A stretch of DNA of 63,686 nucleotides, filler included, from Bonamia ostreae (taxonomy: Eukaryota), in NCBI GenBank assembly GCA_040357525.1. It is 54 parts of 54 records of this genome, joined end to end, with 100 filler letters (N's around TTAATTAATTAA, not from the genome) between each part and the next. Parts side by side here need not be neighbours in the genome. Positions count along the whole stretch, not along the records: positions 1 to 1,089 come from JBDODL010002751.1; positions 1,190 to 2,278 come from JBDODL010002752.1; positions 2,379 to 3,466 come from JBDODL010002753.1; positions 3,567 to 4,654 come from JBDODL010002754.1; positions 4,755 to 5,842 come from JBDODL010002755.1; positions 5,943 to 7,030 come from JBDODL010002756.1; positions 7,131 to 8,217 come from JBDODL010002757.1; positions 8,318 to 9,404 come from JBDODL010002758.1; 46 more parts are not named here. The stretch is one strand, 5' to 3'. Below are positions 1 through 12,159 of this stretch, in pieces. The notes beneath the pieces are model-generated. The model searched no databases and was not told the DNA's origin. It saw only the letters and a list, made by a program, of their open reading frames with translations. Position 1 is the stretch's first letter. Each line of letters starts with the position of its first letter. The translations under genes were made by a program, and so were the position numbers.

Positions 1-913
1 TATGATTTCGTCAGCTTGGTCCAAAATTTGCGGTTTTTCCTAAAATTTTACAAAATTTAGAATTTGAGATTACCAATTTTTCGTCTTTAAAATCCGCTTT
101 TTGGAATTTTTCGGTTAACAACTCGATCAAATTATCAATATTTTCGTCTTCTTCTAAAATTTAAAATTGTAAAACTTTTGGGAACTTTTTTGAAAATTTT
201 TCTGTCGATTGTGACAATTTTTGGATTAGTTCTATGTTCAGAAGATGACATAAATTTAGCCAAAATGTCGATATAGTCGTTATCGAGATCTTTATTGTCC
301 AAAATTTCTTTTTTCCGTTTGATGTTTTTTCTTCTTTTGAACAAGTTTTCCAATTCGGGCGAATCTTTGTTTTTAGAGGAACTGGTTTTATTCGCTTTCA
401 AATTTTGATCAAATTGTATTGTTGATCTTCTGTTGCTCAAAGTTAATAGTTTTGAGAATTTTCTTAGTCCGTCGTCCATTGTTAAACCTTTTGATTCTTC
501 GTTTTTCGGAGAATTTTTTGATTTTTGGTTTTTCGCAGAACTTTTTGATTTTTCTTCTTTTTTTGGGTTTTTGAGCGATTTTGCGATTTTGCGATTTTTT
601 TGTGATTTTTTGGAATAATTTGATGATTTTCTGCTAAACAATGAATTTTTTGATGATTTTCTTTTCCTTTTATTCTATTTTTACAAAAGTTAAAAAAAAT
701 TGCGATTAGTTATAAATCGGTCTATTAAAATTGTTTTCAAACTTCAATCCAATTCGTTAATTTCTTGCGTTCCTCTTTTTTCTTGATGACGCGACGTAAA
801 ATGGATTTGTCGATGTCGAAAAGATTTTCGATTGTTATCTGTTTCTCCTCAAATTTCTTCAAATATCGGTGGTCCAAATCACATTCGTCTAGCACATTTT
901 CAAGAGAAGACAT
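1..913 (-). CDS. SAM-domain-like protein with Lys/Ser-rich region, 3' partial
   Basis: ATG at 913 gives MSSLENVLDECDLDHRYLKKFEEKQITIENLFDIDKSILRRVI, a sterile-alpha-motif pattern. GT-AG introns at 675-742 and 154-175 (22 nt) join it in frame to ORF 135..641 and beyond. Confidence 0.55.
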
Positions 914-1089
914 AATTTTTTTATAATTATTACATATATTGGAAACAATTAGACTACGAATTTTATATAACAATATTATATATATTACAGATTTAGTTTT
1001 TTAGAGAGCTTATAAACATTATAATGGCGTTTTGGTGTTTCTGAGTAGATTAAATATTTATAAGATCAGTAAATATATTTAGAAATGGA

Positions 1090-1189
1090 NNNNNNNNNNN
1101 NNNNNNNNNNNNNNNNNNNNNNNNNNNNNNNNNTTAATTAATTAANNNNNNNNNNNNNNNNNNNNNNNNNNNNNNNNNNNNNNNNNNNN
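1090..1189. other. Artificial contig linker N44-TTAATTAATTAA-N44 (first of 53 copies)
   Basis: An identical 100-bp block recurs about every 1.18 kb, and its 12-mer places stop codons in all six frames. Contig lengths between linkers decrease monotonically from 1089 to 1074. Confidence 0.98.
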
Positions 1190-1480
1190 ACATGGGTTTC
1201 AACAGTCTTGTTTAAAATTTTATGGTTGCTATGATGATCTAAGTTACTAATGCAACTAACACTGGGTCATTGCTGTCTGACGTGCTTCATACGAATTGTC
1301 CTGTTGTTCTTTGCATTCTGAATTTGACTACAGATTACTCCGATTACGTGATTAAGATAAATGATTCATGGGTCTGTGACCAATTAAGAGGGGATGTTCA
1401 CTTTTCTATGCACCTAATCCCACTTCTCTTGTGGGTCCAGTGGTTCGTCTTTGATGTGTGTTATGTTGTAAGTTCCTTTT
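1190..1480 (+). mobile_element. Degenerate 3' end of an oyster-type Penelope-like retroelement (RT C-terminus plus terminal repeat)
   Basis: Decayed reading HGFQQSCLKFYGCYDDL...MLSDVLHTNC, followed by the GTGACC...GGGGATG...GCACCTAATCCCAC repeat also seen in five other contigs. A second copy lies at about 1605-1750. Confidence 0.65.
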
Positions 1481-2378
1481 CGAATGACGCAATTCATCAA
1501 AATTTAAGGTTTTGGATTTAAACACATTTGATATCTCAGTAAATGTGATGAATGAATTTAAATCATTGTACATATATCAAAGCTTCAAAAACCATCAAAA
1601 ATATGCGTGCTCACATTGTGGTGACCACTCAACCGGGGGATGCTTATTCCTCACAGGCGCATGGGTCCACCACCTATCCTTGTTGATTTTGTATTCTGTA
1701 TACGACATTGGAGATGGATCACTATACATTACCGTTTTCACTCCTATTTTTTCGTTCCAACTAAAAAAGGGCACTATATAATAAAACTATAACTACAGTA
1801 GTAAGCTATAACGAGGATTTATCTTTTTATCAATATTTTTCGAAATTTGATTATTCATTACCAATCATTTACATACAATCACAGACAATGGAGTAATACA
1901 ATGAAGTCAAGCTATAAACCGATATCAGTAAATACATATAAAGACAGTTCGATGATCATTTAAAAAATTTCCGAGATAAAGCATATGTATGAAATATAAT
2001 ACAATAACACAGAGAGGTCAGTTCTGAAGTTTTATCCACACGAATCACAGTAAATCAGATTGTAGATTTGACTTCCATTTCTGTTTTCTCAAATGCTTGT
2101 TTCTTCTCCGAAGGTTCGATACAATTCTTGGGCATTTTGTTACCTAAATTTCCTCTTCTCAGCCTGTGAAATGTAATGTAATGCATGATAATTTCACTCA
2201 AAGTAATTTGTCAAGTGACTGGCTAATTTGAATTATTCATATATTGTATATTTTTGTATAATATTTTCTTTTTTTTTTNNNNNNNNNNNNNNNNNNNNNN
2301 NNNNNNNNNNNNNNNNNNNNNNTTAATTAATTAANNNNNNNNNNNNNNNNNNNNNNNNNNNNNNNNNNNNNNNNNNNN

Positions 2379-3466
2379 AAATAAAGTACACTAATCTTCC
2401 TTTAGGAACAAAAATTCTCAGCCGTTCGGCCTCAAGACGATTTTTGCTTGCTCTTTTTATTTTTTTAATGCCGCGTTCCAATTCCTTCCTGCGCAAAACA
2501 CGCAATCGATTGATCACAACTTTGCTGAAACCATATTTTTCTATCAATCTCATCAACTCTCGATCTCGCAATCGACAAAAATTATAAGCGACCAACGGAG
2601 ACTCTAAAAGCACTCCAATTTTCGCAAAATAATCTGTTTGCAAATCGTAGAATGTCTTCGATTAAAATATTGTTATGTACACATTCAAAAAAATTGTTTG
2701 TAATGTACATATTCAACAAAATTGTAACATTTTTGTAATGTACATATTCAACAATTAAGTTAAAAAAAAACTTCATCTTTAACACCAAGAGCACTTAGTA
2801 ACATAACGGATTGAAGAGATAGATAAGTCAAATGAAACGGAGTTGAATAATTAACGATTCCGAGAAAATTCTTGTCATGTTTTCCTTCGAAAACGTTAAA
2901 CTTGAGCATCGATTCGCGAAACTGGATTTTGTTATGAAGACTTTTCTTGAGCAACAAAATCCCTTTGAAGCCAAGAAAACGTACTTGGATCACGGATGGC
3001 ATCGTTTCAACGATTTTTTTGTTGTCTTCTAAGATTTTGCACGCTTTGGAGATTATGTCTGCTGAGACGAATCCGCATCCGTCTGTGAAGTTGAAACCGT
3101 TCGATTTGATGTCCGGAATCTTTTCCCATTGAAGATGTTCTTTTAATTTTTTCGTTTTTGAATTAAGCGATTTTCAAATTTGGAAAACCGATTTCGAATC
3201 CAATTCTCAGAGACGAAAACAGCAAACCGATTCTTTTCGATCGTTTCTGTGTGTCTGGAATTAGTGAGAAATCTCCCAATTGGTGGATCATCTTAAAAAT
3301 CGTTTCCGGCGTGCCTCTGTAGAAGAAACATGCTTCGTTTCTTGAAGGAGACGATCCTGCAAAATTGTAAGCGCCGTCTTTTTTGTTAAAAAATATTGTA
3401 ACAACAAAAACAGTTAAAGCAAAAAATTTTGTTGGCAACAACAAAAATACCAAAAATCGAATTGAA
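2379..3466 (-). CDS. Cellular RNA-dependent RNA polymerase (RNAi-type RdRP), internal fragment
   Basis: The spliced translation contains LGDFSLIPDTQKRSKRIGLLFS, IPDIKSNGFNFTDGCGFVS, PSVIQVRFLGFKGIL, FRESMLKF, MLLSALGV and RIFVPKGRL. These are the ordered motifs of the eukaryotic RdRP family. Three GT-AG introns, including 2656-2771. Confidence 0.9.
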
Positions 3467-3622
3467 NNNNNNNNNNNNNNNNNNNNNNNNNNNNNNNNNN
3501 NNNNNNNNNNTTAATTAATTAANNNNNNNNNNNNNNNNNNNNNNNNNNNNNNNNNNNNNNNNNNNNAATAAATACAACAAACCCAAAATTAAATTTAAAT
3601 ACATTCTGTACTTTCAAAACTA

Positions 3623-4468
3623 ATGAACAAACTACTTGTTTTAATAATTCTGCTATTCCGTTATGTCTATCCATATCCTTTAGTGATATTAGTTTCTGAG
3701 CAGAAAGTAACGTATTGTGCTCATTTGGGTGATAAAGAAAAATCAAAGACAACAATTTCAAAATTTGTTGGAGAAGCAAATGTTTTTTCGCAGAGACATT
3801 TCGACTACATTGTTATCCTTGGTGAATTCCAATTTTACAATGAAAATGTTAAATAATTAAATATTAAACTTTAAATTTAAAACAAGTAAAAATTTTTTAT
3901 TTCTAATCATCAACTTAAAGTCTGCTGAATCAAATAACAACGCAAAGTTTTCTTTATCAAGATTAGTTGTGATAAACCAGGAAATCTCGAAAATTTACTT
4001 AATGTAAAAAATCGAAAAGTAAAAGACACCGAAAATATAAAAGATCGATTAGTTGCAATCTTCGCAACTTCTTCAAACAAGGGCCATTATCACTTTTTCC
4101 CAAATGTTGATACAGAAGAATATGTGATGGCTTACCAAATAACAAAATATCTCGAAAAAACACTTTTAGCATCTGTCGGAAAAGTAGCTGGAGCGCCTGT
4201 GATTTCTAAAACAACTTTAAACTACTTAATGGCGGATGTTGATTCTGACCAACCTATATTGGTATCAAAGGAAACAAATTTTGCTATTAACAATTTTTTC
4301 AGGTTGTTAAGAGATCGAAAACCCTCTCTTCCCTTCGTTCGGGTCCTAAGAGGAACGGATTACGTTTTGACCGAGTCTAAATATTTCATTCCGGCCATAG
4401 CATCCACACTTGGTGTTATCATCATTGCTGCTTTTACAGTTGTTCTGCAATTGTTTCTCAATAAATGA
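3623..4468 (+). CDS. Complete type I membrane protein (signal peptide plus C-terminal TM helix), about 250 aa, function unknown
   Basis: Exons 3623-3847, 3921-3946 and 3967-4468 (introns 73 and 20 nt) give 251 codons including the stop. N-terminus MNKLLVLIILLF, C-terminus IPAIASTLGVIIIAAFTVVLQLFLNK. Confidence 0.65.
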
Positions 4469-6288
4469 ACACAGAAAATTTTTGTTTACATTAAGTTGTT
4501 GTTTTGTGTGCACAACTCGTGAAGAATAAGCTTAACGAGTCAGTAGTTGGGACTAAGTGCGCATTCTTGAATGAATGGGTTTATCCGAGCTGATATCAAA
4601 ACGGAGAAGAAGATCTATCCGAACTCCTAATTTGACTGGGGTTGCCATAAAAGGNNNNNNNNNNNNNNNNNNNNNNNNNNNNNNNNNNNNNNNNNNNNTT
4701 AATTAATTAANNNNNNNNNNNNNNNNNNNNNNNNNNNNNNNNNNNNNNNNNNNNTCACCTTTCATTGTATGATCCTTTATTTTGTAACGAATGGATATTG
4801 GCTTAGTGGGTGATTGACGTAACTATCCACAGTCCTTATTGCAATTTAAGGATATGGTTATTTGTTAAAACACATTGTAGGATGCTCCCATCTGGTCAAG
4901 ATTAATATCAAGACTATTAGAGGTCAAAAATGGGCACGAGTTTCTAATGTTTCTGTACTTTACAGAAATTCCGTTGGTAAATTGACACAGGGAAATGTAC
5001 GACGTAAAATGTTCCTTCATCCAGTGTTAAGCATTTAGAATTGAGAGTTCCGTGAAAAGTCCCACCGTTGACACGATGGAGAACTTAAATTGATACTACC
5101 TTGAGCATACATAGTTCATGGGTCTAATAAAGTATTTTAATATTAATGAAAAATTCAGGACTCAGATGCACTTTGAAATAAATAAAAAATAAATGAAATT
5201 AATTTCTATATGAGCAAACAATATGCACTGATTGTGAACCAGGTGAAGGCATCTAGCATATGGAAAGTACAAATAAATGATTGATTATTTTATTGTGATG
5301 ACAAGGATTATTCTGACCCAAAAGCAGAATTTGGGGACCTCAGGAATAAGATAAAATATATCTTTTTCAAGCTTTATATTTCATTTATCTTTTTTTGGTC
5401 ATATATTTTCTTGCCTCGCGGAATGTTCAGCTTTTGATGTTTTGAAAAAAAAAACCATGAGTTGATAATATTAGTTGTGTACTAGAAGTTAGATATGAAA
5501 ACATCCATAAAATAAATAAAAAAGAGCTTCCATTTAAGTTTGCCAAAAATCATTACAGGAAAAATAATATTTACAAAAAAAAAAAGAAGTTCAGCGGTGA
5601 AATTGACAGATTGGAAATGGGACTATTAAAATTGGAAAAGTGAAATTGGAAAACAAAAACCGGAGAGAGAAAAGGTGAGGAAGAAAAAGAAAATAACGAG
5701 CAAAGCGATTAAAAAAATCAGAAAGGAAATTTGAAATTTTACCTGTCAGAGCAGAATGTTATGCTGCTAAGATATTAGACTAAAACTAAAACTAAAACGT
5801 CATCGTCATTTCGGATTTCAAGCATTTTGATTGAGTATCACTNNNNNNNNNNNNNNNNNNNNNNNNNNNNNNNNNNNNNNNNNNNNTTAATTAATTAANN
5901 NNNNNNNNNNNNNNNNNNNNNNNNNNNNNNNNNNNNNNNNNNTAAGTTTCATTGGATATATAAAAGAAAAGTAACTCAAACATATTTCATACCGAGTTTG
6001 TTAGAGCCAACTTTCCATTAAATGTACACAAAATTTTCCTTTTTTCCCCTGATTAAATACAAATATGAGAAGGAAACACAGACCAATGGAAATGCCCATA
6101 GGTTATTAACATTTTGTACTTGAAAAAGTTAATTAAAATTCATAAGTCTTTAAAAAGTCAATACAATAATTGATCAACATCGAAGTCTGTAGTAAGTCCA
6201 CTCTTACACACTCCACCAACTCACTCAGTGCGTCCAACTCTCTTCGAAGGGGGGAGGTACCAGGGGCCACACGGGTGAATCCATCACA

Positions 6289-6660
6289 CAATACGGTCGA
6301 ATACTCGTGAGAATTGGTGGCGGCGGATCCGTCACACGATACGGGTAGACACTCCCGTGATTGGGCCGAATACCCGTGAGAATTGGTGGCGGCGGATCCG
6401 TCACACGATACGAGTAGACACTCCGGTGATTGGACCGAATACCCGTGAGAATTGGTGGCTGTGGATCCGGCCTACGATACGGCTAGACACTCTGATGATT
6501 GGGCCGAATTGGCGTGATAATTGGTGGTGGCGGTGGAACCGTCCCACGATACGGCTAGACACTCTAAAGATGATTGGGACGACTTGGCGTGAGAATTGGT
6601 GGTAGCGGTGGATCCGTCCCACGATACAGCAAGATACTCGGGCGATTGGGCCGAATACCT
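6289..6660. repeat. GC-rich tandem minisatellite, about 5.3 units of 69-75 bp
   Basis: Units start near 6289, 6357, 6426, 6495 and 6570. Core GATTGGGCCGAATACCCGTGAGAATTGGTGGCGGCGGATCCGTCACACGATAC. No unique spacers. Confidence 0.9.
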
Positions 6661-7532
6661 TATAGTGGTGTCTGTCTTAATGGCGATAATTTGGCCGGTG
6701 ATGGGGACACACTTGTGAAACAAGATGGCGTTCCCCCTCTGTCATCCTCTTTTCCAGCTTCTCAAATCTTGGACGATTACTCTCTCTAAAAATAAATTAA
6801 TACAAAAAAAAATACAATTTTTAAATGCAGATTTTAATAAAGTTTAAATTGTTAGTATAAATGGAAAAAAATAATTGTATAAAATGGAAATTAAAGTCAT
6901 AACTTGTGTTACAAGCTATTAAAAAGAACAATAATCAACGTTACCTAAGATTTGTAAACGTGGTATTATCATCATCCTTCTTCCTATGCTGCGTTAATCT
7001 TCTGTAGATAAACAAATTTGTACATCACCANNNNNNNNNNNNNNNNNNNNNNNNNNNNNNNNNNNNNNNNNNNNTTAATTAATTAANNNNNNNNNNNNNN
7101 NNNNNNNNNNNNNNNNNNNNNNNNNNNNNNTATCTACAAACCGTTAATTAATAAATGTGATAATTGGATTTTTTGTCGATCAAATTCAGTCCGTTTACAA
7201 AATGGCTAATAGCTGTTGTCAATCTCCTCACTCGAGGTCGTATTTGACGTCCCACATAATGGCGCGTCAAATATCGAAAGTAAATGTGTATATTGCAAGA
7301 TTCGAATTTCGTCGCGTTAATACTCGAAATTTATGCAAAATATTTCATTTAAATCACATGTAAAGTCATTTTAGGCATGTAAAAATTGATTTTGTTAACA
7401 AATTTAAAAAAGTGTAGTAACATGCGATGTGTCCTTTAAGGAAATACCTCTTTGTTCAAATAATCACTTATGATCTTCATCTCTTCCTATTTCCCTCTCA
7501 ATTGGCTTTATCAGACTGATTCATTTCTACAG

Positions 7533-7670
7533 GCCATCTTTCAAGGAAGATGTGGTCATTTGCTCTGTGAGGGATGTGTGCATGATTTAAGCTGTACCAG
7601 CAATATCATAAGATGCAGCGTGAGGAATTGTACAGCATTACTGGAGGGTGACGTTCTTGCGGATGTAATA
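7533..7670 (+). CDS. Host-type exon encoding part of a RING-like zinc finger
   Basis: 138-nt phase-0 exon between TTTCTACAG and GTGAGT, reading AIFQGRCGHLLCEGC...RCSVRNC. Confidence 0.45.
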
Positions 7671-9504
7671 GTGAGTTATGTTTCGTATATTGATTTATGT
7701 CTCATTTGGAATACAGTAGTTCACTCAAGTAGAAACGTCTCCCACTTCGGTGAAATGCCCTGTAATGGGACCATATAAAAGGAACTTTCACTTCTAATAA
7801 CGGAACAGTCACTATCAAATACCTTATATTTGATGCACTAGATTGCTGTAAAATGATATTGAGAAAGAAATATATGTAATAAAGAAGCCGTGTATATCTT
7901 ATCAGTACACAGACAAAAACTCAAAACATCAAAAGAGTGCATATTTGCTTGTTTGAAAGCATGTGTTATGTCATTGTCGAAGTTCTTAACTTAGATATTG
8001 TGTCTCCATCTTTATTTTTTTTTTATGTTGCATGCACTAAAATTCAAAATGCTTTACTTTTGACATAATTGCAGATGTGGACAACTTTTAAGATTCCCAG
8101 ATTTCAATCTTGTATTCGTAGCCTCTGCAAGGAAAAGGTAAAACAGATGAAGAAAAACCCAACGGTTTCTAAACTTACTTATTACTCAGCAAAATTCAGA
8201 GATATTAACGTTTTAGCNNNNNNNNNNNNNNNNNNNNNNNNNNNNNNNNNNNNNNNNNNNNTTAATTAATTAANNNNNNNNNNNNNNNNNNNNNNNNNNN
8301 NNNNNNNNNNNNNNNNNGCAGAAAACATACTATCTAGGTTAAACCAGATGCAATGGGGAAAGTCATCTTCCGCATGCACAAGTTTTCACCGGAGCCATTT
8401 TGGAACATCGTTCGGCCTTTTCCGTCAAGCTGAGAAGAAACGAGGAGTTTTCTTCTCGACATGACGGAAAAGACCAAGCAATGTTCCGATTGCAACGGAG
8501 CTTAATTATGACGCAACGTTTAATTATAGTTTGAAACCTAAGAGGGTAGCACACAAATGTGGGCTCAGCTGTTTCATGCAAAATTGTCAAGGTAATTTTT
8601 TTCAAAATGTTTATGGTCTGTGAAAAACATATTTCTGTGTTCTTAATAAAAATGAATGTTATGGAATTTAATCTATTCATTCATATGTGTTGCAAGATTT
8701 ATATATTTGGATAAAGGTCTCTTGTTGTCAGATTTATATCATTTAATTACGGTATGAAACTCGCTCGGTATTACACAGACCAAATTGTGTCCACTNNNNN
8801 NNNNNTGACTCTTAATTCTGAAGTTAAAGGTCAAATATACAAATATGTCATATCATTACAGTTATAAGACTTATAATGACATATTTGCATGTTTCATGAT
8901 TGAAAATACACATTGATTTCAAAATAGAAGATTTCTGTTAGAGGCGCATTGTTATGGTTCACGTATTTTTCAACGTAGCAGACTTTGTCATTACAGTCTG
9001 ATACGGGTTTGTAACTTGTACATGCTTTTCTGCGGAATTAACAATTTCTTTTCTTTAGGATCTCCGGAGTTATGTGAGTTTAAGAAACGATAACTCTGGA
9101 TAGTGATTGTTTTAAGATATTTCCTAAATTAATGTAATTTTTACTTAATTGGGGATCGAAGTTATTTTTAATATCGGCTTTTGAGTTGTATAATTTTTAG
9201 AAATAAATCAAGTGCATTAAAATAAAATAGAAATGCAATAAATGTTAGCATTGTCAATTTGCACCACGTTTGTTTTGGGTTCAATTTATTTTCTTTATTG
9301 CTTTATATCTATTCAGTCACAGAATACAAAAATATGTGCAGTGTTTTACTTGTGCATTCAAGATAGTTTTTTTTTTCAGATTCAAAGCAATATATTCAGG
9401 TGGTNNNNNNNNNNNNNNNNNNNNNNNNNNNNNNNNNNNNNNNNNNNNTTAATTAATTAANNNNNNNNNNNNNNNNNNNNNNNNNNNNNNNNNNNNNNNN
9501 NNNN

Positions 9505-10528
9505 ACCATTGCACGAAATAACCCCTCGATTATCAACGGATTGTCTGATCCATACGCGTATAAATTCCTGGAGGACTTTGACAGATCAATGTTCTTATTT
9601 AAGTCCCAGACGGCGTTCCATACATTCCAGCTGACTACATTGCAGCTCGCGCCGGAGTCAATCAACATTGGCACTGTCGGAGCCTACATTCACATCTATC
9701 ATGGCACTGACATTTTTCCCATTTACAGAGAATGCATAATCATCATCTGATGAAGAACTGTCATGAATCAAACGTACATATTTTGCACCTTTATTCTTGT
9801 CTTATTTTACATTTTCAGACTTACACATTTTGGCAAAGTGTCCGACTTTTCTGCTTTTGTTGCAGGTTTTATCCTTTGTTATTAAACATTCCTTTGCGAT
9901 GTGTCCTTTACGGTCACAGCGAAAACAGATTCCAGTATCCTTTGACACTGCTCTGTGTTTTGGTTTGATAATTTTCTTGTTANNNNNNNNNNAATCAAAT
10001 TTGTCCGCTAGTCCGACAACAATTTCAGATGCACGTGTGATATCTAACAGGTTTTTAAGCGACAATTCTTTCTCTTTTAACAAACGTTTTCGTAGTTTTG
10101 ATGATCTGCACTTCTCCAATACTTGATCTCTAATGTTGTCATCTGTATTTTCGAATTCACAAGTTAATGCTAACTTGCTCAGTCTTGTAACAAACCCGTC
10201 AATCTTCTCCGACTCACCTTGAGCCGTTGTTCTGAAAATATGCCTCTCAAATGCCACATTGCGTTTTGGCTGAAAATATTCATCAAGTTTTTTACTTTCC
10301 CCATTGAGGTCATCCCCAGTGTCATCCATTGTGCTGAAAATTTCTTGGACATCTGCCCCTACCGAATGAAGGAAAAGAGCCCGTTTTTGTTGTTTTTCCG
10401 TTACTCCGGACGCTGTCAGGTAGAAATCAAATGTTTTTTTTCCACTTGTCCCACCTCTGGGAAACACTCGTTTGATCGCCATGTATATCGAATGGTCCGA
10501 TCGGTGGCAATTGTAGAGCTTTAGCCAT
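9505..10528 (-). mobile_element. Ty3/Gypsy LTR retrotransposon gag-protease relic (Mag-like), frameshifted
   Basis: MAKALQLPP...RWDKWKK, then KRALFLHSVG...FERHIF...IRDQVLEKCRSSKLRKRLL, two zinc knuckles (CFRCDRKGHIAKEC and CNKSRKVGHFAKMC) and the protease motif LIDSGASCNV. Frameshifts near 10435 and 9680. Confidence 0.9.
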
Positions 10529-10691
10529 GTTTGTAGTTCTCTTCTTTTTCTTCTTTTTAGGCGTTCATACACCAAACACAATCATTGTTTGNNNNNNNNN
10601 NNNNNNNNNNNNNNNNNNNNNNNNNNNNNNNNNNNTTAATTAATTAANNNNNNNNNNNNNNNNNNNNNNNNNNNNNNNNNNNNNNNNNNNN

Positions 10692-11535
10692 TAAAACTAA
10701 GATATAATAAAAATAGATTAAAAAATCCGAACATTGAGCTTGTGCTACTTGGAAGATTTTCGGAATGCAGTTCAAAGTTCTTGCTGTAAAAGCGTTTGCC
10801 TCTGCGTACGATGTCGCCGTAGCTGAGAGGTCGTGAATTTTTGTGCCCGCTCGATTTTGCGCTTGAGAGGTTTTCGCTCGTTTGGTCGCTATCGCTCGCC
10901 AGACTTAATTTGTCTGAAGAGAGGAGAGGGTCGCTTTTGACTTCTTTTGGATCTTCGGATTGTAACGATTTTAGACGAAGATCTTCTCCAATTCTGACTT
11001 CAGCAGAAAAAGGTTTTGTTGTTTTTTGCTTTTTGGCGCTTTGCGGAAACGCTTTTCGGCGGTTTTCGCCGATCTTTTTTAATTCGCTTTCCAAAGTTTC
11101 GCTTTTGTTTTTCGGGGATTTTTTGGGTGTTAATGGTTGCAACGCTCTTCTTTTCATTGTGTTGGGGGAATAGCTTTTGTCCTCAACACTGACATTGTTT
11201 TCTTTGTCTTCGAGCGTTTCCTCGATAGCTCTTTGTTCGGTTTCCTTCGTTGTCATTTTATTTTCCTTGTTTTCGAACATCTTTTTCGCTTCTTCGACTT
11301 TCTCCTTCGTTTCGTTGAGAACAGAAAGTCGCTCAATTTCGGAACGCTTTCTGTCTACGAAAGATCGTTTGTTGTCGATGGAGGCCAATGGTCTTCTGGC
11401 GACATTTTTAAGTACTAAATTCTTTTTCTTTTTCAGAAAGACAAATCGTCGTTTGTTTTGCGGTTTCTTGGTTGCAGAGCCGGAACCGCTATCTTTGCTC
11501 TGACCATGGATAGTTTTATTATGGTGTTTTTGCAT
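10692..11535 (-). CDS. Hypothetical Lys/Glu/Ser-rich protein, 3' partial
   Basis: About 270 uninterrupted codons from ATG 11535 in AT-rich DNA, with a coiled-coil-like segment and TP/SP sites. No family recognised. Confidence 0.7.
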
Positions 11536-12159
11536 AATAAATTAGGTTTTGAATTTTTGATTTAAAAATTAGACTAATGGCTCTTCCAGCCAATAAATGC
11601 CAGTTTAGGCCGTTTTAGCGTTGTTTCATGTTGCCGTTCTTACAACAACAAAAAATTGATAAAACTGTTAACCCGAAGACCAAAATTTTTTAGTCGACTA
11701 AATAAAATCATCTTTTATTATAAAGCCATCGAAACTCCGTTTCCGAAGTCGTTTTCGCATTTTAACCATTTCTAGATNNNNNNNNNNNNNNNNNNNNNNN
11801 NNNNNNNNNNNNNNNNNNNNNTTAATTAATTAANNNNNNNNNNNNNNNNNNNNNNNNNNNNNNNNNNNNNNNNNNNNGGTATATTCAGGCAATTCTAGAT
11901 TAAAAATGCGTTGCTTTGAAAAGAATTCGGAAGCACTTTCGAGTTATATAAATGAACACATTGATGAAAATTTAACGACATATGAAGATCGAAGATTTGT
12001 CTATCTTTTTTATGATCCCTGATGTGAGAAGATTGACTTCAATATTAAATAAACTTACAAAATATTTTTCCATTCTTTAAAAAATTTAAATACTTTTTAT
12101 TTTGATCGGAAAAGTCCCCATTCAACAGAAATTAAATTTTTTTTGTTAAGGCGCGTTTT

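Noticed and set aside
1134-1145. Regularly spaced TTAATTAATTAA as a biological repeat or CRISPR-like array
   Set aside because: It is always centred in 88 Ns, so it is a synthetic stop-codon linker.
2323-2378. ORF ends with X-runs and LIN or N tails
   Set aside because: These are translations of the linker, not real sequence.
4550-4640. U4 snRNA (GGTTTATCCGAG resembles its 5' stem-loop)
   Set aside because: The U6-pairing stems and the spacing do not fit.
6289-6660. CRISPR array
   Set aside because: The whole unit is repeated with no unique spacers, and no cas genes are present.
8363-8400. THAP-like start MAPVKTCACGR
   Set aside because: It stops after 11 codons with no further motif.
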